The position numbers were made by a program, and so were the translations under genes. A stretch of 31,599 nt of DNA from Candidatus Zixiibacteriota bacterium. GTDB taxonomy: Bacteria > Zixibacteria > MSB-5A5 > CAIYYT01. This document shows positions 16,265-24,701 of this stretch, piece after piece. Location: positions 1 to 31,599 of the forward strand of contig JBECKX010000003.1 in the NCBI GenBank assembly GCA_040235515.1, read 5' to 3'. The first letter of the stretch is position 1; every line of letters starts with the position of its first letter. The notes under the pieces were generated by a model. That model made no database searches. It had not been told where the DNA came from and worked only from the letters and a program-made list of their open reading frames with translations.

Positions 16265-16390
16265 ATTGATAGGGAATACTAGTTATCGCCCCGGAGCAAA
16301 TACTTTGTCAACGCTGCAGGGAACTCACCCTGCTGACGGCACGGTTCGCGCAGAGGACGAAGTGACCCGCTACAACTGGAGATAGAGCCC

Positions 16391-17203
16391 ATGCCTGAAT
16401 GGTTCGTCGAACTCGACTCGGTCATGCAAGCGTTGCTTGCGACAATCTTCACCTGGCTGCTCACTGCCACCGGAGCTGCCGGCGTCTTTCTGACGCGAGA
16501 AATGAGTCGTCGCACGCTCGACATGATGTTGGGATTCGCTGCAGGGGTGATGATCGCTGCCAGCTATTGGTCCTTGCTCGCCCCGGCAATCGAGATGGCC
16601 GAGGATTGGACCATCCCCGCGTGGCTGCCGGCAGTTGTTGGATTCCTCTCCGGGGCCATCTTCCTGCGACTCCTCGACCGCGTGCTCCCGCACATGCATT
16701 TTACCGCCGAAGGCCAGCACCAGGAGGGAATAGCGGTGCAGTGGCGCAAGAGCACGCTGCTGGTACTGGCAATTACTCTGCACAACTTCCCGGAGGGCCT
16801 GGCTGTCGGTGTGGCATTTGGCGCCGTGGCTCAGGGATTGCCCTCTGCCACACTGGCTGGTGCGGTCGCGCTGGCAATCGGCATCGGAATCCAGAACATG
16901 CCGGAAGGGCTTGCGGTCTCGGTTCCGCTGCGCCGGGTAGGAATCAGTAAGTTCAAATCATTCTGGTATGGCCAACTCTCCGGAGTGGTCGAACCGATCG
17001 CCGGTGTCCTGGGCGCGTGGCTGGTGATTGTTGCCGAGTCGCTGTTGCCCTACGCACTCTCATTCGCCGCCGGTGCGATGATTTTCGTAGTGGTGGAGGA
17101 ACTGGTGCCTGAATCGCAGACGAGCGGGTACTCCCATGCCGCCACAATGGGCGTGATGCTTGGTTTTGCGGTCATGATGACCCTTGATGTTGCGCTCGGG
17201 TAA
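16391..17203 (+). CDS. ZIP-family (ZupT/GufA-like) divalent metal transporter
   Basis: Polytopic hydrophobic protein with LGFAAGVMIAASYWSLL, ITLHNFPEGLAVG, GIQNMPEG and FAAGAMIFVVVEELVPE. Confidence 0.95.
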   Translation: MPEWFVELDSVMQALLATIFTWLLTATGAAGVFLTREMSRRTLDMMLGFAAGVMIAASYWSLLAPAIEMAEDWTIPAWLPAVVGFLSGAIFLRLLDRVLPHMHFTAEGQHQEGIAVQWRKSTLLVLAITLHNFPEGLAVGVAFGAVAQGLPSATLAGAVALAIGIGIQNMPEGLAVSVPLRRVGISKFKSFWYGQLSGVVEPIAGVLGAWLVIVAESLLPYALSFAAGAMIFVVVEELVPESQTSGYSHAATMGVMLGFAVMMTLDVALG

Positions 17204-17214
17204 ACCGGCTTCTC

Positions 17215-17754
17215 GTGATGCATCGCCGTAAACTTATCGACCTGCTGGGGCGCTACTCTCCACCAGACAGGCACCAATCGCTCACGAAGGAACGCATGAC
17301 GGCATTTGTTCGGCAGTACGATGAATGCTTCGAGCGAGAACTGGCCGTAGGGCATCTCACCGGGTCAGCGCTGATCACTGATCCTGAAAAGCGCTCGATT
17401 GTGCTTGTGCTGCACAGGAAGCTCGACATGTGGTTGCAGCCGGGAGGGCATGCCGATGGCGAAAGCGATCTGGCAAAGGTCGCTGCGGTTGAAGCGCTGG
17501 AGGAAACCGGCATCTCCAACCTCAAACAGGTTTCGGCTGAAATTTTCGATCTTGATATTCACCCCATCCCCCGCCACCGTCAGGTCCCGGAACATTTGCA
17601 CTACGATGTCAGGTTCCTGTTTCAGGCGGAACCGGGCGCCGCAGTGACAACCAGTTCGGAGTCACACGACGTGCGCTGGGTCCCGATCGACGCAGTGGGG
17701 GCGTACACTCGGGAGGAGTCTATCCTTCGCATGGTACGCAAACTCTCCCGATAG
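17215..17754 (+). CDS. Nudix hydrolase
   Basis: Nudix box WLQPGGHADGESDLAKVAAVEALEETG, plus GHLTGSA and HLHYDVRF. Confidence 0.93.
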   Translation: MMHRRKLIDLLGRYSPPDRHQSLTKERMTAFVRQYDECFERELAVGHLTGSALITDPEKRSIVLVLHRKLDMWLQPGGHADGESDLAKVAAVEALEETGISNLKQVSAEIFDLDIHPIPRHRQVPEHLHYDVRFLFQAEPGAAVTTSSESHDVRWVPIDAVGAYTREESILRMVRKLSR

Positions 17755-17992
17755 CTTTCCCCGCCGCCGCAGTGCCGTTCGCGCTGCGCTCCGCAACATT
17801 CGCGAGATGCATCCGTAATCATTGAATACCGAGTGCAGCGCTGCGTCTATTTAACTACGGGGCATCTGCTCTTCAGCGCAGCACCGCATCATAGCAACAG
17901 GAGGTATGCGCTACCACGACAGGAGGTCGAAGTTGTGCGCACGCCCCATGCAGACCTTGAGATAGCGATACAAGAAACTAGAGGACGGAGGA

Positions 17993-19498
17993 ATGGTAGC
18001 GATGTTTCTGAAACAATCAAAACGGGGATGGAGCCTGGCGGCGGTCCTGGTGCCGCTTGCGGTCGTGCTGTTGATTGCCGGGTGCAGCAGGAGCGGTAGC
18101 TCAACTCTCTCCGCTGATGCAATTCCGGTAACCACCTCAAGCGATGAAGCTCGCGAGCTTTTCCTGCAGGCGCGAGAGCTGCAGGAGAAAGTTAAGCTCA
18201 CGGCATCATTTCCACTTTTGCAGAAGGCTGTCGAACTCGACCCCGACTTTGCCTATGCGCACATGCTGATGTCGCTGGGGCAACCGACAACGAAGGGGTT
18301 CTTCGAGAGCCTCGAAAAAGCTGTCAACACCGCCCACAATGCTTCGGACGGTGAACAGAAACTGATTTATGCCTTCGAAGCCGGAATCAACGGCGCACCG
18401 GTCAAGCAGGAGCGGCTGTTGAAAGAATTGGTGGCGCTTTATCCGGCTGCGGTGCGTTCACACGGCAATCTCGGTAATTTCTATTTTGGACAGCAACGAT
18501 ACGGTGAGGCGATCAGTGAGTACCAGCGTGCCCAGGAGATCGACGAAAACTTCTCGCAGATTTACAACCAGCTCGGCTACTCCTACCGTTTCCTCGGCCG
18601 ATTTGATGATGCCGAGCGCGCGTTCAAGAAGTATGTCGAACTGATCCCGGATGATCCCAATCCGTACGACTCTTACGCGGAGTTGTTGATGAAGATGGGG
18701 CGCTATGAGGAATCGAACGAGCAGTATCGCAAAGCTCTTGAGCAAGACCCCAACTTCAACAATTCCTACATCGGGATCGCGACGAACCTCAACTATCTCG
18801 GCCGTCATGACGAGGCTCGCAGTTATCTGAGCAAGCGTCTCGAATCAACTCCTGTCGTGGGAGAGAAGAGAGTGGCTCTCTTCGCCATGGCGGTTTCGTA
18901 CGCGGATGAGGGAAACCTGGCGCAGGCAGTCAAGATGATCGAGCGCGAGCGCGAGATCGCTGACCAGCAACATGATATGGCGGCAGCTTCGGCAGATGTC
19001 AACCTCATGGGTAACCTTTATTACGAGATGGGGGAATACGACAAGGCTGCCGAGCGGTTTGAAGAGTCAGTTGAGCTATTCGCGCAGGCGCCTAATGTCA
19101 ACGAATCGCAGATCGCCAACAACAAACTGAATCACCATTACGATATGGGCAGGGTGGAAGCTCGGCGCGGCAACCTCGAAGCAGCCCGGGAACATTACGA
19201 TCAGTACCTGGCAGGGGCCAACCAGAATCAGAACCAGTTCCAGCAGTGGGCAGCCAATCAGTTGGGAGCGATAATCGCACTGCAGGAGAAGAACTGGGAT
19301 AAGGCAATCACCCAGCTGAACGCCTCGAACCTCCAGAACCCCTACAATGTCTACCTGCTGGCACTGGCGCAGCAGGGGAAGGGTAACGGCGAGAAGGCGA
19401 AGGAGTATTTCGAACGCGCTTACAACAACAATGCTCTGAACAATATTCAGCAGAGCTTTGCAAGAATGTACGCACACAAATCTCTGGCCGCGTTGTGA
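17993..19498 (+). CDS. TPR-repeat lipoprotein
   Basis: Lipobox IAG-C. Many canonical TPRs (YNQLGYSYRFLGRFDDAERAFKKYVELIP; YDSYAELLMKMGRYEESNEQYRKALEQDP). ATG 18002 is an alternative start. Confidence 0.92.
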   Translation: MVAMFLKQSKRGWSLAAVLVPLAVVLLIAGCSRSGSSTLSADAIPVTTSSDEARELFLQARELQEKVKLTASFPLLQKAVELDPDFAYAHMLMSLGQPTTKGFFESLEKAVNTAHNASDGEQKLIYAFEAGINGAPVKQERLLKELVALYPAAVRSHGNLGNFYFGQQRYGEAISEYQRAQEIDENFSQIYNQLGYSYRFLGRFDDAERAFKKYVELIPDDPNPYDSYAELLMKMGRYEESNEQYRKALEQDPNFNNSYIGIATNLNYLGRHDEARSYLSKRLESTPVVGEKRVALFAMAVSYADEGNLAQAVKMIEREREIADQQHDMAAASADVNLMGNLYYEMGEYDKAAERFEESVELFAQAPNVNESQIANNKLNHHYDMGRVEARRGNLEAAREHYDQYLAGANQNQNQFQQWAANQLGAIIALQEKNWDKAITQLNASNLQNPYNVYLLALAQQGKGNGEKAKEYFERAYNNNALNNIQQSFARMYAHKSLAAL

Positions 19499-19534
19499 TG
19501 CTTCCTCGGTAATGATTCAAGCAACATAAACCGT

Positions 19535-19567
19535 AAACGGGCGCCTGATTCGGCGCCCGTTTTGTTT
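19535..19567 (+). terminator. Rho-independent terminator (possibly bidirectional, between the TPR gene and the tRNA)
   Basis: AAACGGGCGCC-tgattc-GGCGCCCGTTT followed by TGTTT. Confidence 0.85.
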
Positions 19568-19599
19568 GCAGTTAGTCTTCGGAACCGGGCCGAATAAAA

Positions 19600-19672
19600 C
19601 TGGGGTGGCAGGGATCGAACCTGCGACCATCTCCTTAACAGGGAGCCGCTCTGCCAGCTGAGCTACACCCCA
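19600..19672 (-). tRNA. tRNA-Asn (anticodon GTT), CCA not encoded
   Basis: Minus strand folds as TGGGGTG-TA-GCTC AGCTGGCA GAGC-G-GCTCC CTGTTAA GGAGA-TGGTC-GCAGG TTCGATC CCTGC-CACCCCA-G, a full 73-nt cloverleaf. Confidence 0.97.
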
Positions 19673-19847
19673 ATTTGAATTGTTGTCTGATTATCGAAGC
19701 GTCGGGGGGAGGCTACCGGGAATCCCTATCAGAGTTACTATGTGAGTTGTTATTCGTGCGTTTGGTCAAAACCAAATCCACCTCGTGATAAAGTAGCCGA
19801 CTGAAGCGGTTCTTTCGGAACCACTATAACAAGATTGCTTCATAGAT

Positions 19848-19875
19848 AATATAGGGTGATCATGGAATCCGTAAA
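19848..19875 (-). promoter_or_regulatory. Sigma70-type promoter upstream of tRNA-Asn
   Basis: Minus strand TTTACG-N16-TATATT, implying a leader of about 170 nt. Confidence 0.55.
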
Positions 19876-19933
19876 GCCATTTTTTGCGGTCCGGCCGAAG
19901 AATTCGCAACGCCGGGCCAATTGCTTATCGAAC

Positions 19934-20866
19934 TCAGGGGTCAACGGACTCCGGAGTCGAAGCGTGTGATGATTGCAGCAATGTCACACAATTCCCGCCG
20001 TGCCCCTTCGACTGATACAACGCCCTGTCCGCCAGCTTGATCAGGTCTGCGGGGGTTCTGGTCTTTTCGCCCAGACCTGCGATACCGACACTGATCGAGT
20101 ACTTGACGCTGCGCTCTTTCAGGCGAAAATGGGAAATATTCAGCTTCCGGGTCAGGCGTTCTGCTAGCGTGATCATCTGCTCAGCGGGCGTCTCAGGACA
20201 GATGATCAGGAACTCATCACCACCCAGCCGTCCGAAGATGTCATGTTTGCGGATGCTCTCCTGCACCAGCTTTGCCGAATCCATCAATAGCTGATCTCCC
20301 TCGAGGTGCCCCAGTTTATCGTTGATCTGCTTGAAGCGGTCGATGTCATAGAGAATCACCGACAGGGGGCGTTTGTAACGAAGTGCGCGGGCAAACTCCT
20401 GCTCCAGTTTGCTGATAATATGCTGACGGTTGAAGATGCCGGTCAGGAAGTCGGTTGTCGCCAGCGCATACATTTGACCGAAAAACGCACTCTCGACAGC
20501 TGATGAACGGAGAAACTTGAACAGCGCTCCACCCACCTGAATCAGGTCGCCATCTTTCAGTTCGACTTCCACCACTTTCTCTGCATTGACATAGGTACCA
20601 TTCGTGGAATCGAGATCGCGCAACGTCACGCGATCACCATCGCGGGTCAGTTTGACATGCTGGCGGCTGGCGTTATCATCGTCGAGCGGTACACCGCATG
20701 TGGAGGACCTGCCGATGACCAGTGGCTCATCGTCGATTTGATAGGTCATCCCCAGAAGCGAACCGTGCATGACAACCAGCAGAGGCAACTCTCGCTCAGC
20801 TACTCCGCTCGTCCCCCCTTCAGTATGAATCGTAGTCGAAGTGTCAAATGTCACATCGTCGGTCAT
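19934..20866 (-). CDS. FHA-domain diguanylate cyclase (FHA-GGDEF)
   Basis: FHA motifs IGRS, SRQH and DLDSTNGT. GGDEF domain DFLTGIFNR, DIDRFKQIND..GH..GD, I-site RKHD and intact GRLGGDEF. Confidence 0.95.
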   Translation of the reverse strand: MTDDVTFDTSTTIHTEGGTSGVAERELPLLVVMHGSLLGMTYQIDDEPLVIGRSSTCGVPLDDDNASRQHVKLTRDGDRVTLRDLDSTNGTYVNAEKVVEVELKDGDLIQVGGALFKFLRSSAVESAFFGQMYALATTDFLTGIFNRQHIISKLEQEFARALRYKRPLSVILYDIDRFKQINDKLGHLEGDQLLMDSAKLVQESIRKHDIFGRLGGDEFLIICPETPAEQMITLAERLTRKLNISHFRLKERSVKYSISVGIAGLGEKTRTPADLIKLADRALYQSKGHGGNCVTLLQSSHASTPESVDP

Positions 20867-20996
20867 GTAACTACCCCAAAACTGAATTTGTGAGCTGATA
20901 CGAATCGGCGAATCGTCTTATGGAGAGTGTCGACCGCCTGCGCAGATTTCTTGAGGCGGGGATAGGCAGCGATCAGCGGCAATCAGGCGGCCTGGC

Positions 20997-21027
20997 AAAA
21001 CAGGCAGGAGTGTGGTGCTCCTGCCTG
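20997..21027 (-). terminator. Rho-independent terminator of the tldD/tldE-like operon
   Basis: CAGGCAGGAG / CTCCTGCCTG 10-bp stem, followed by TTTT on the minus strand. Confidence 0.75.
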
Positions 21028-21061
21028 CTCAAGACTCAGCGGTTCTGATAAAATCGCCCGG

Positions 21062-22789
21062 TCAGTTTTTCCCGGCGAGCGGGGATGGCAACACCGGCGG
21101 CTTCTTAACCTTCTGTTCGGCGTGTTTCAACTCCATCTCCTCGACCAAAATCGGTGGAGCAATAATCGTCGCCGGCAGTTCATAGTCATTGCCGATCAGG
21201 TAATTGTAGAGGTACGGTTGATCACCCACCTCCAGAATGTCGCGCATGATGCGAACCGAGACGTCATTGAACTGCAGTCCCCGCACCGGCACCATTCTGC
21301 CATCGGCGTAGAGTTTGTAGGCTTCGAACGGCACCGTCAGTTCCTCGCCGCCGCCACGTCCGCCCATCCCTCCAAACGAAGCGGTAGGGGAATTGAGGTC
21401 TCGCAGGCGTGTTATTACCAGACCATAGTCAAGGTCGATATCCTTTGCCAGTTCCAGCAGTGACTTCTTCATGTGCTCGAGCGACGATTTCTCGCTGCTT
21501 TCGAAGATCAGGTTTGCGGGCTTGGCAGAAATTCCCCCGCCGACAGCGCCGCGTGCGCTGGCGGTTGACTCCTTCATCTTCTTGGTCGGTGCATCCCCGA
21601 TCAGAAAATTGATCAGCTTGCCTTCTTTAACCAGCTGTGTGCGCCTGGCTTTGACGCCGACATCATCGACTGCATAGCTGCCGATCAACGGTTGGTCCTT
21701 GAATTTCCCCAATGTCGGATCATTGTAAACGTTGAAACTGCTCGGCAGCACCCGACGGCGCAGCTTGTTGTCGAACGCAGAGCCGCTTCCACCGAAGCGG
21801 TCACTCTCGAACAGCGGGGAGGGCATGTTCGAAACATGTTTGGCAAAGAGCTGGCGGAAGAATTCGCCGACGGCATCATCGACAAAAAGCACGGGGCCGA
21901 TGTAGTCCTCGAGGGTATCACCCTTGATGATCGCGCTCATCTTCTCGGCGTTTTCGCGCGCCCAGGCGATCAATTGATCGCGCCCGGGAAGCTGCGACAG
22001 CTCGCCGGCGACGATCCGATCTTCGTTCGAGAGCTCCTGACCATCCTCGCTGCGTCCCTGCATCGACAACTGGAATCCATAAATCCTGTCACCCACCAGC
22101 GTCTTCGTGCCGGTCGAATTCAGCAGGTATTGATTGACCACCGATGCTGTCACGCGCAGTTGCGATTCGATGATCTCCGGGTAATCCAGAAATACCGAAG
22201 TCATATCGCGAGCGAGTTCCTCGAAGAAACCCGGATCGATATCGAATGCCTCAACTTGGTCGATATAGGTATTCGGCGGGAATTGGAGATGGTCCGCGGG
22301 GCGATCGTTGATCACGCGGTTCTGCAAGTATGCGCGTTTCTTGGAAAGATTCTCGACGGCATCCTTGTAGACCCGGTCTGTCTGCAGATAGATCTTGTTT
22401 CGGATGGCGTCATAGTCGTCATCCACCGGCAGGGAGGTGTAGCTCGGTCCGAAACCGGAGAATCCGGAAACGAAGTTCGAGTTGTCGAGGCTCCAATCCC
22501 CGACGCGCAGGTCGGTCGTCAGGTAGCGACCCCGCTGCAGGCGCGAATCCAGCAGTTGCCCCAGAGTGGCGGAGACTTCCAGTTGCTGAAAGTCGTCGAT
22601 GGTGTAACTGAGATAGTAGGGACGCTCAAGGTCCTCCATTACCAGATTCTTCATGTTGCGATCGAGTTCATCCCGCAACACATCAAACAGCAACTGGTTC
22701 GCTTCCTCCGCCAGAATAGCTTGAGGCTTCAGCGCGAACGCGCAGATAACTCCGATAGTAACCAGTATCGTTTTCAGGTAGAACCTCAT
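21062..22789 (-). CDS. TldD/PmbA-family protein, non-catalytic (TldE/PmbA-like) partner, with signal peptide
   Basis: Paralogous to the upstream gene (PYYLSY, DLRVGDWSLDN, YIGPVLF, NDPT, DDVGVKARR, APPILVEEMEL) but lacks HExxxH. 4-nt ATGA overlap with the upstream gene. Confidence 0.88.
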   Translation of the reverse strand: MRFYLKTILVTIGVICAFALKPQAILAEEANQLLFDVLRDELDRNMKNLVMEDLERPYYLSYTIDDFQQLEVSATLGQLLDSRLQRGRYLTTDLRVGDWSLDNSNFVSGFSGFGPSYTSLPVDDDYDAIRNKIYLQTDRVYKDAVENLSKKRAYLQNRVINDRPADHLQFPPNTYIDQVEAFDIDPGFFEELARDMTSVFLDYPEIIESQLRVTASVVNQYLLNSTGTKTLVGDRIYGFQLSMQGRSEDGQELSNEDRIVAGELSQLPGRDQLIAWARENAEKMSAIIKGDTLEDYIGPVLFVDDAVGEFFRQLFAKHVSNMPSPLFESDRFGGSGSAFDNKLRRRVLPSSFNVYNDPTLGKFKDQPLIGSYAVDDVGVKARRTQLVKEGKLINFLIGDAPTKKMKESTASARGAVGGGISAKPANLIFESSEKSSLEHMKKSLLELAKDIDLDYGLVITRLRDLNSPTASFGGMGGRGGGEELTVPFEAYKLYADGRMVPVRGLQFNDVSVRIMRDILEVGDQPYLYNYLIGNDYELPATIIAPPILVEEMELKHAEQKVKKPPVLPSPLAGKN

Positions 22790-24534
22790 CTCTCACCTCC
22801 GATATTCCCGGCGTCGCTTGTCTTGGTCGGCTCGTACGGTGGAGGAAGAATCGGCGGTTTCTCCTGCTCCTTAAACTTCTTTTCTACCTCAAGCTCCGAT
22901 ACCAGCACGCTCGGCGCCGTAGCCGATACCGGCACCCACCCCGATTCTGCGCCGCAGGTTCCGTTGAAGGTTCCGTAGTCATCCCCGGTTGCAATGATCT
23001 TGGCGAAACTCGACAACGGCGTTCCAACTATGTCGACCCCGCGAATCGGCTCCATGGGGCGATCGTCGGTGTAAACTTTATAAACCAGCAACGGGATGAC
23101 CTTGAACGATTGCGGACCGAAACGATTCGTGGTCGTGAAGCCGCCGGAGATGTCGTAGAAGATCAGTCCGTATGGCTTACCCTGGTTGCGGCATTCAGCC
23201 TTGAGCATCTCCACGAGCTGATCGAAGGGATATTCCTTCGAGGATTTCACCATCAGGTTACCCTGACGCGAAACTACGTCACGCCCGCCTTGTGTTCTGC
23301 CATGACCGTTGGATTTGGTGAAACCGGCGACCGGTGAACGAGAGAGGAGGAATTCCTTGAGGACGCCATTCTTGACGACCGTCACGCGCTCAGACTGCAC
23401 ACCCTCATCATCATACTTGTAGTAGCCGCGCAGAAACTCACTCTGGAAATTCTCCAGCGTGGGATCATCGTAGACATCGATGAATTCAGGCAGGATCTTC
23501 TCCCCCACCTTTTTGGCGAATGTCTGCCCCTCAGTCTCTGACTTCTGCCTGTGTCCCTCGATACGGTGGCCGAAGATTTCGTGGAAATAGACGCCGGTAG
23601 CGCGATTGACGAGAATAGCCGGTCCGGCGTATGGCTCGGCGAGCGGCGCGTTGAGCAGCGCTTCCAATTCATCGATCAGGCGATGGATCGCCGCAACCAC
23701 GACCTCATCTCCCGGCAGTCCATCCGGAGTCTCGGCGTCGAACGTTTCGTAGCGATTGATTCGCATGCCATCGTCGCAGGTACCGGAGCAGTTGATCATC
23801 AAGCGGGAATAAGATTGCCCCTCCTGAATCTCCGATCCCTCACTCGATACGAAGTAGCGATTGTCGTCGGTGTGCAACACCCGAACCTCGGACGACTCGA
23901 CGAATGGGTACTCTTTGAATATCTCGCTGTAGTCACGCAGGCGCTGCGACCATGAAGCCGTATCGAGTTCCGTGAACTGCACCTCACCGATATAGACGTT
24001 TGGTACTTCGCGGGAGAAGTCCGCCGAGGTATCCTCGCGCTCCACCATAACCTGTACATTGGTCCTGATCTTCGCATAACGCTCGATGGCGCTCTTGTAT
24101 TCCTTGTCGGTGGCGTCCCAGATCACGGCGCGAATCGCCTTCTCAGCATCTCCGAGTGGCAATTGCGGGGAAGCGCCGAAATTGAAATCGAAGCCAAAGC
24201 CTCCCCTGATTTCGCGCGTGTTATCGAGTTCGTAGTCGCCAACTCGCAGATCGATATCGAGCAGCCGATCATGATCGACGGTTGCTTTCATGATGGCGCC
24301 GTAGCTTGCGCTGATATCGTGTTGCTTTGAATCGACGACGTGATAGCTCAGGAAGTACATCGGGATCGTATCAGCATGGCTCAGTGCTTCCACCGACCGA
24401 TCCAGCTCAGCCTTCATTGCCTTCAGCAACGGCTGTGGTTCAGCTGCGTGGGCAGTAGCCGCGACCATCATCGGGATCGTGATCGCGGTCAGGGAGAGCA
24501 GGCCCGCTCTGCTCAGTAACTTCTTCCACTTCAT
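22786..24534 (-). CDS. tldD: TldD-family metalloprotease, catalytic subunit, with signal peptide
   Basis: HEIFGH metal motif, YDDEG, SNGHGR, SRQGNL and the Cys ligand in NGTCGAESGWVPVS. ATG 24534 (MKWKK..AHA-A) follows an AAGGAG RBS and is preferred over 24609. Confidence 0.9.
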   Translation of the reverse strand: MKWKKLLSRAGLLSLTAITIPMMVAATAHAAEPQPLLKAMKAELDRSVEALSHADTIPMYFLSYHVVDSKQHDISASYGAIMKATVDHDRLLDIDLRVGDYELDNTREIRGGFGFDFNFGASPQLPLGDAEKAIRAVIWDATDKEYKSAIERYAKIRTNVQVMVEREDTSADFSREVPNVYIGEVQFTELDTASWSQRLRDYSEIFKEYPFVESSEVRVLHTDDNRYFVSSEGSEIQEGQSYSRLMINCSGTCDDGMRINRYETFDAETPDGLPGDEVVVAAIHRLIDELEALLNAPLAEPYAGPAILVNRATGVYFHEIFGHRIEGHRQKSETEGQTFAKKVGEKILPEFIDVYDDPTLENFQSEFLRGYYKYDDEGVQSERVTVVKNGVLKEFLLSRSPVAGFTKSNGHGRTQGGRDVVSRQGNLMVKSSKEYPFDQLVEMLKAECRNQGKPYGLIFYDISGGFTTTNRFGPQSFKVIPLLVYKVYTDDRPMEPIRGVDIVGTPLSSFAKIIATGDDYGTFNGTCGAESGWVPVSATAPSVLVSELEVEKKFKEQEKPPILPPPYEPTKTSDAGNIGGER

Positions 24535-24701
24535 CTCAGTAGGTTCTCCTTCTATCGCACAATGAACGGATGCTTCGCTGTAAGTGGTGTTCATCCGACC
24601 GAACACCAAAAGTACTACACTATTCGGAGGGAATAATATTCAGTTTTACGCAGAAATGCAGGTGATATGTGGTGCGGGTTTCGAAAGCGCGGTTGCGAGC
24701 G

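Noticed and set aside
16261..16390. Metal-sensing riboswitch (yybP-ykoY or NiCo) before the ZIP transporter
   Set aside because: Only one hairpin (GCAGGG/CCCTGC) is present; the conserved yybP motifs are not found.
17823..17849. ECF promoter TGAATA-N15-CGTCTA upstream of the TPR lipoprotein
   Set aside because: The -35 deviates from AAC and the spacer is short; a single weak instance.
19560..19672. tRNA-Asn as the attachment site of an integrated element
   Set aside because: No integrase and no duplicated tRNA 3' end were seen in the window.
19766..19843. 25-aa leaderless ORF (MKQSCYSG...WIWF) in the tRNA leader
   Set aside because: No RBS or recognisable features; the region is better explained by RNA structure.
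21692..22978. 428-aa ORF on the + strand
   Set aside because: Lies wholly antisense to the well-supported TldD/TldE genes, has no recognisable motifs, and is a typical shadow ORF of GC-rich coding sequence.
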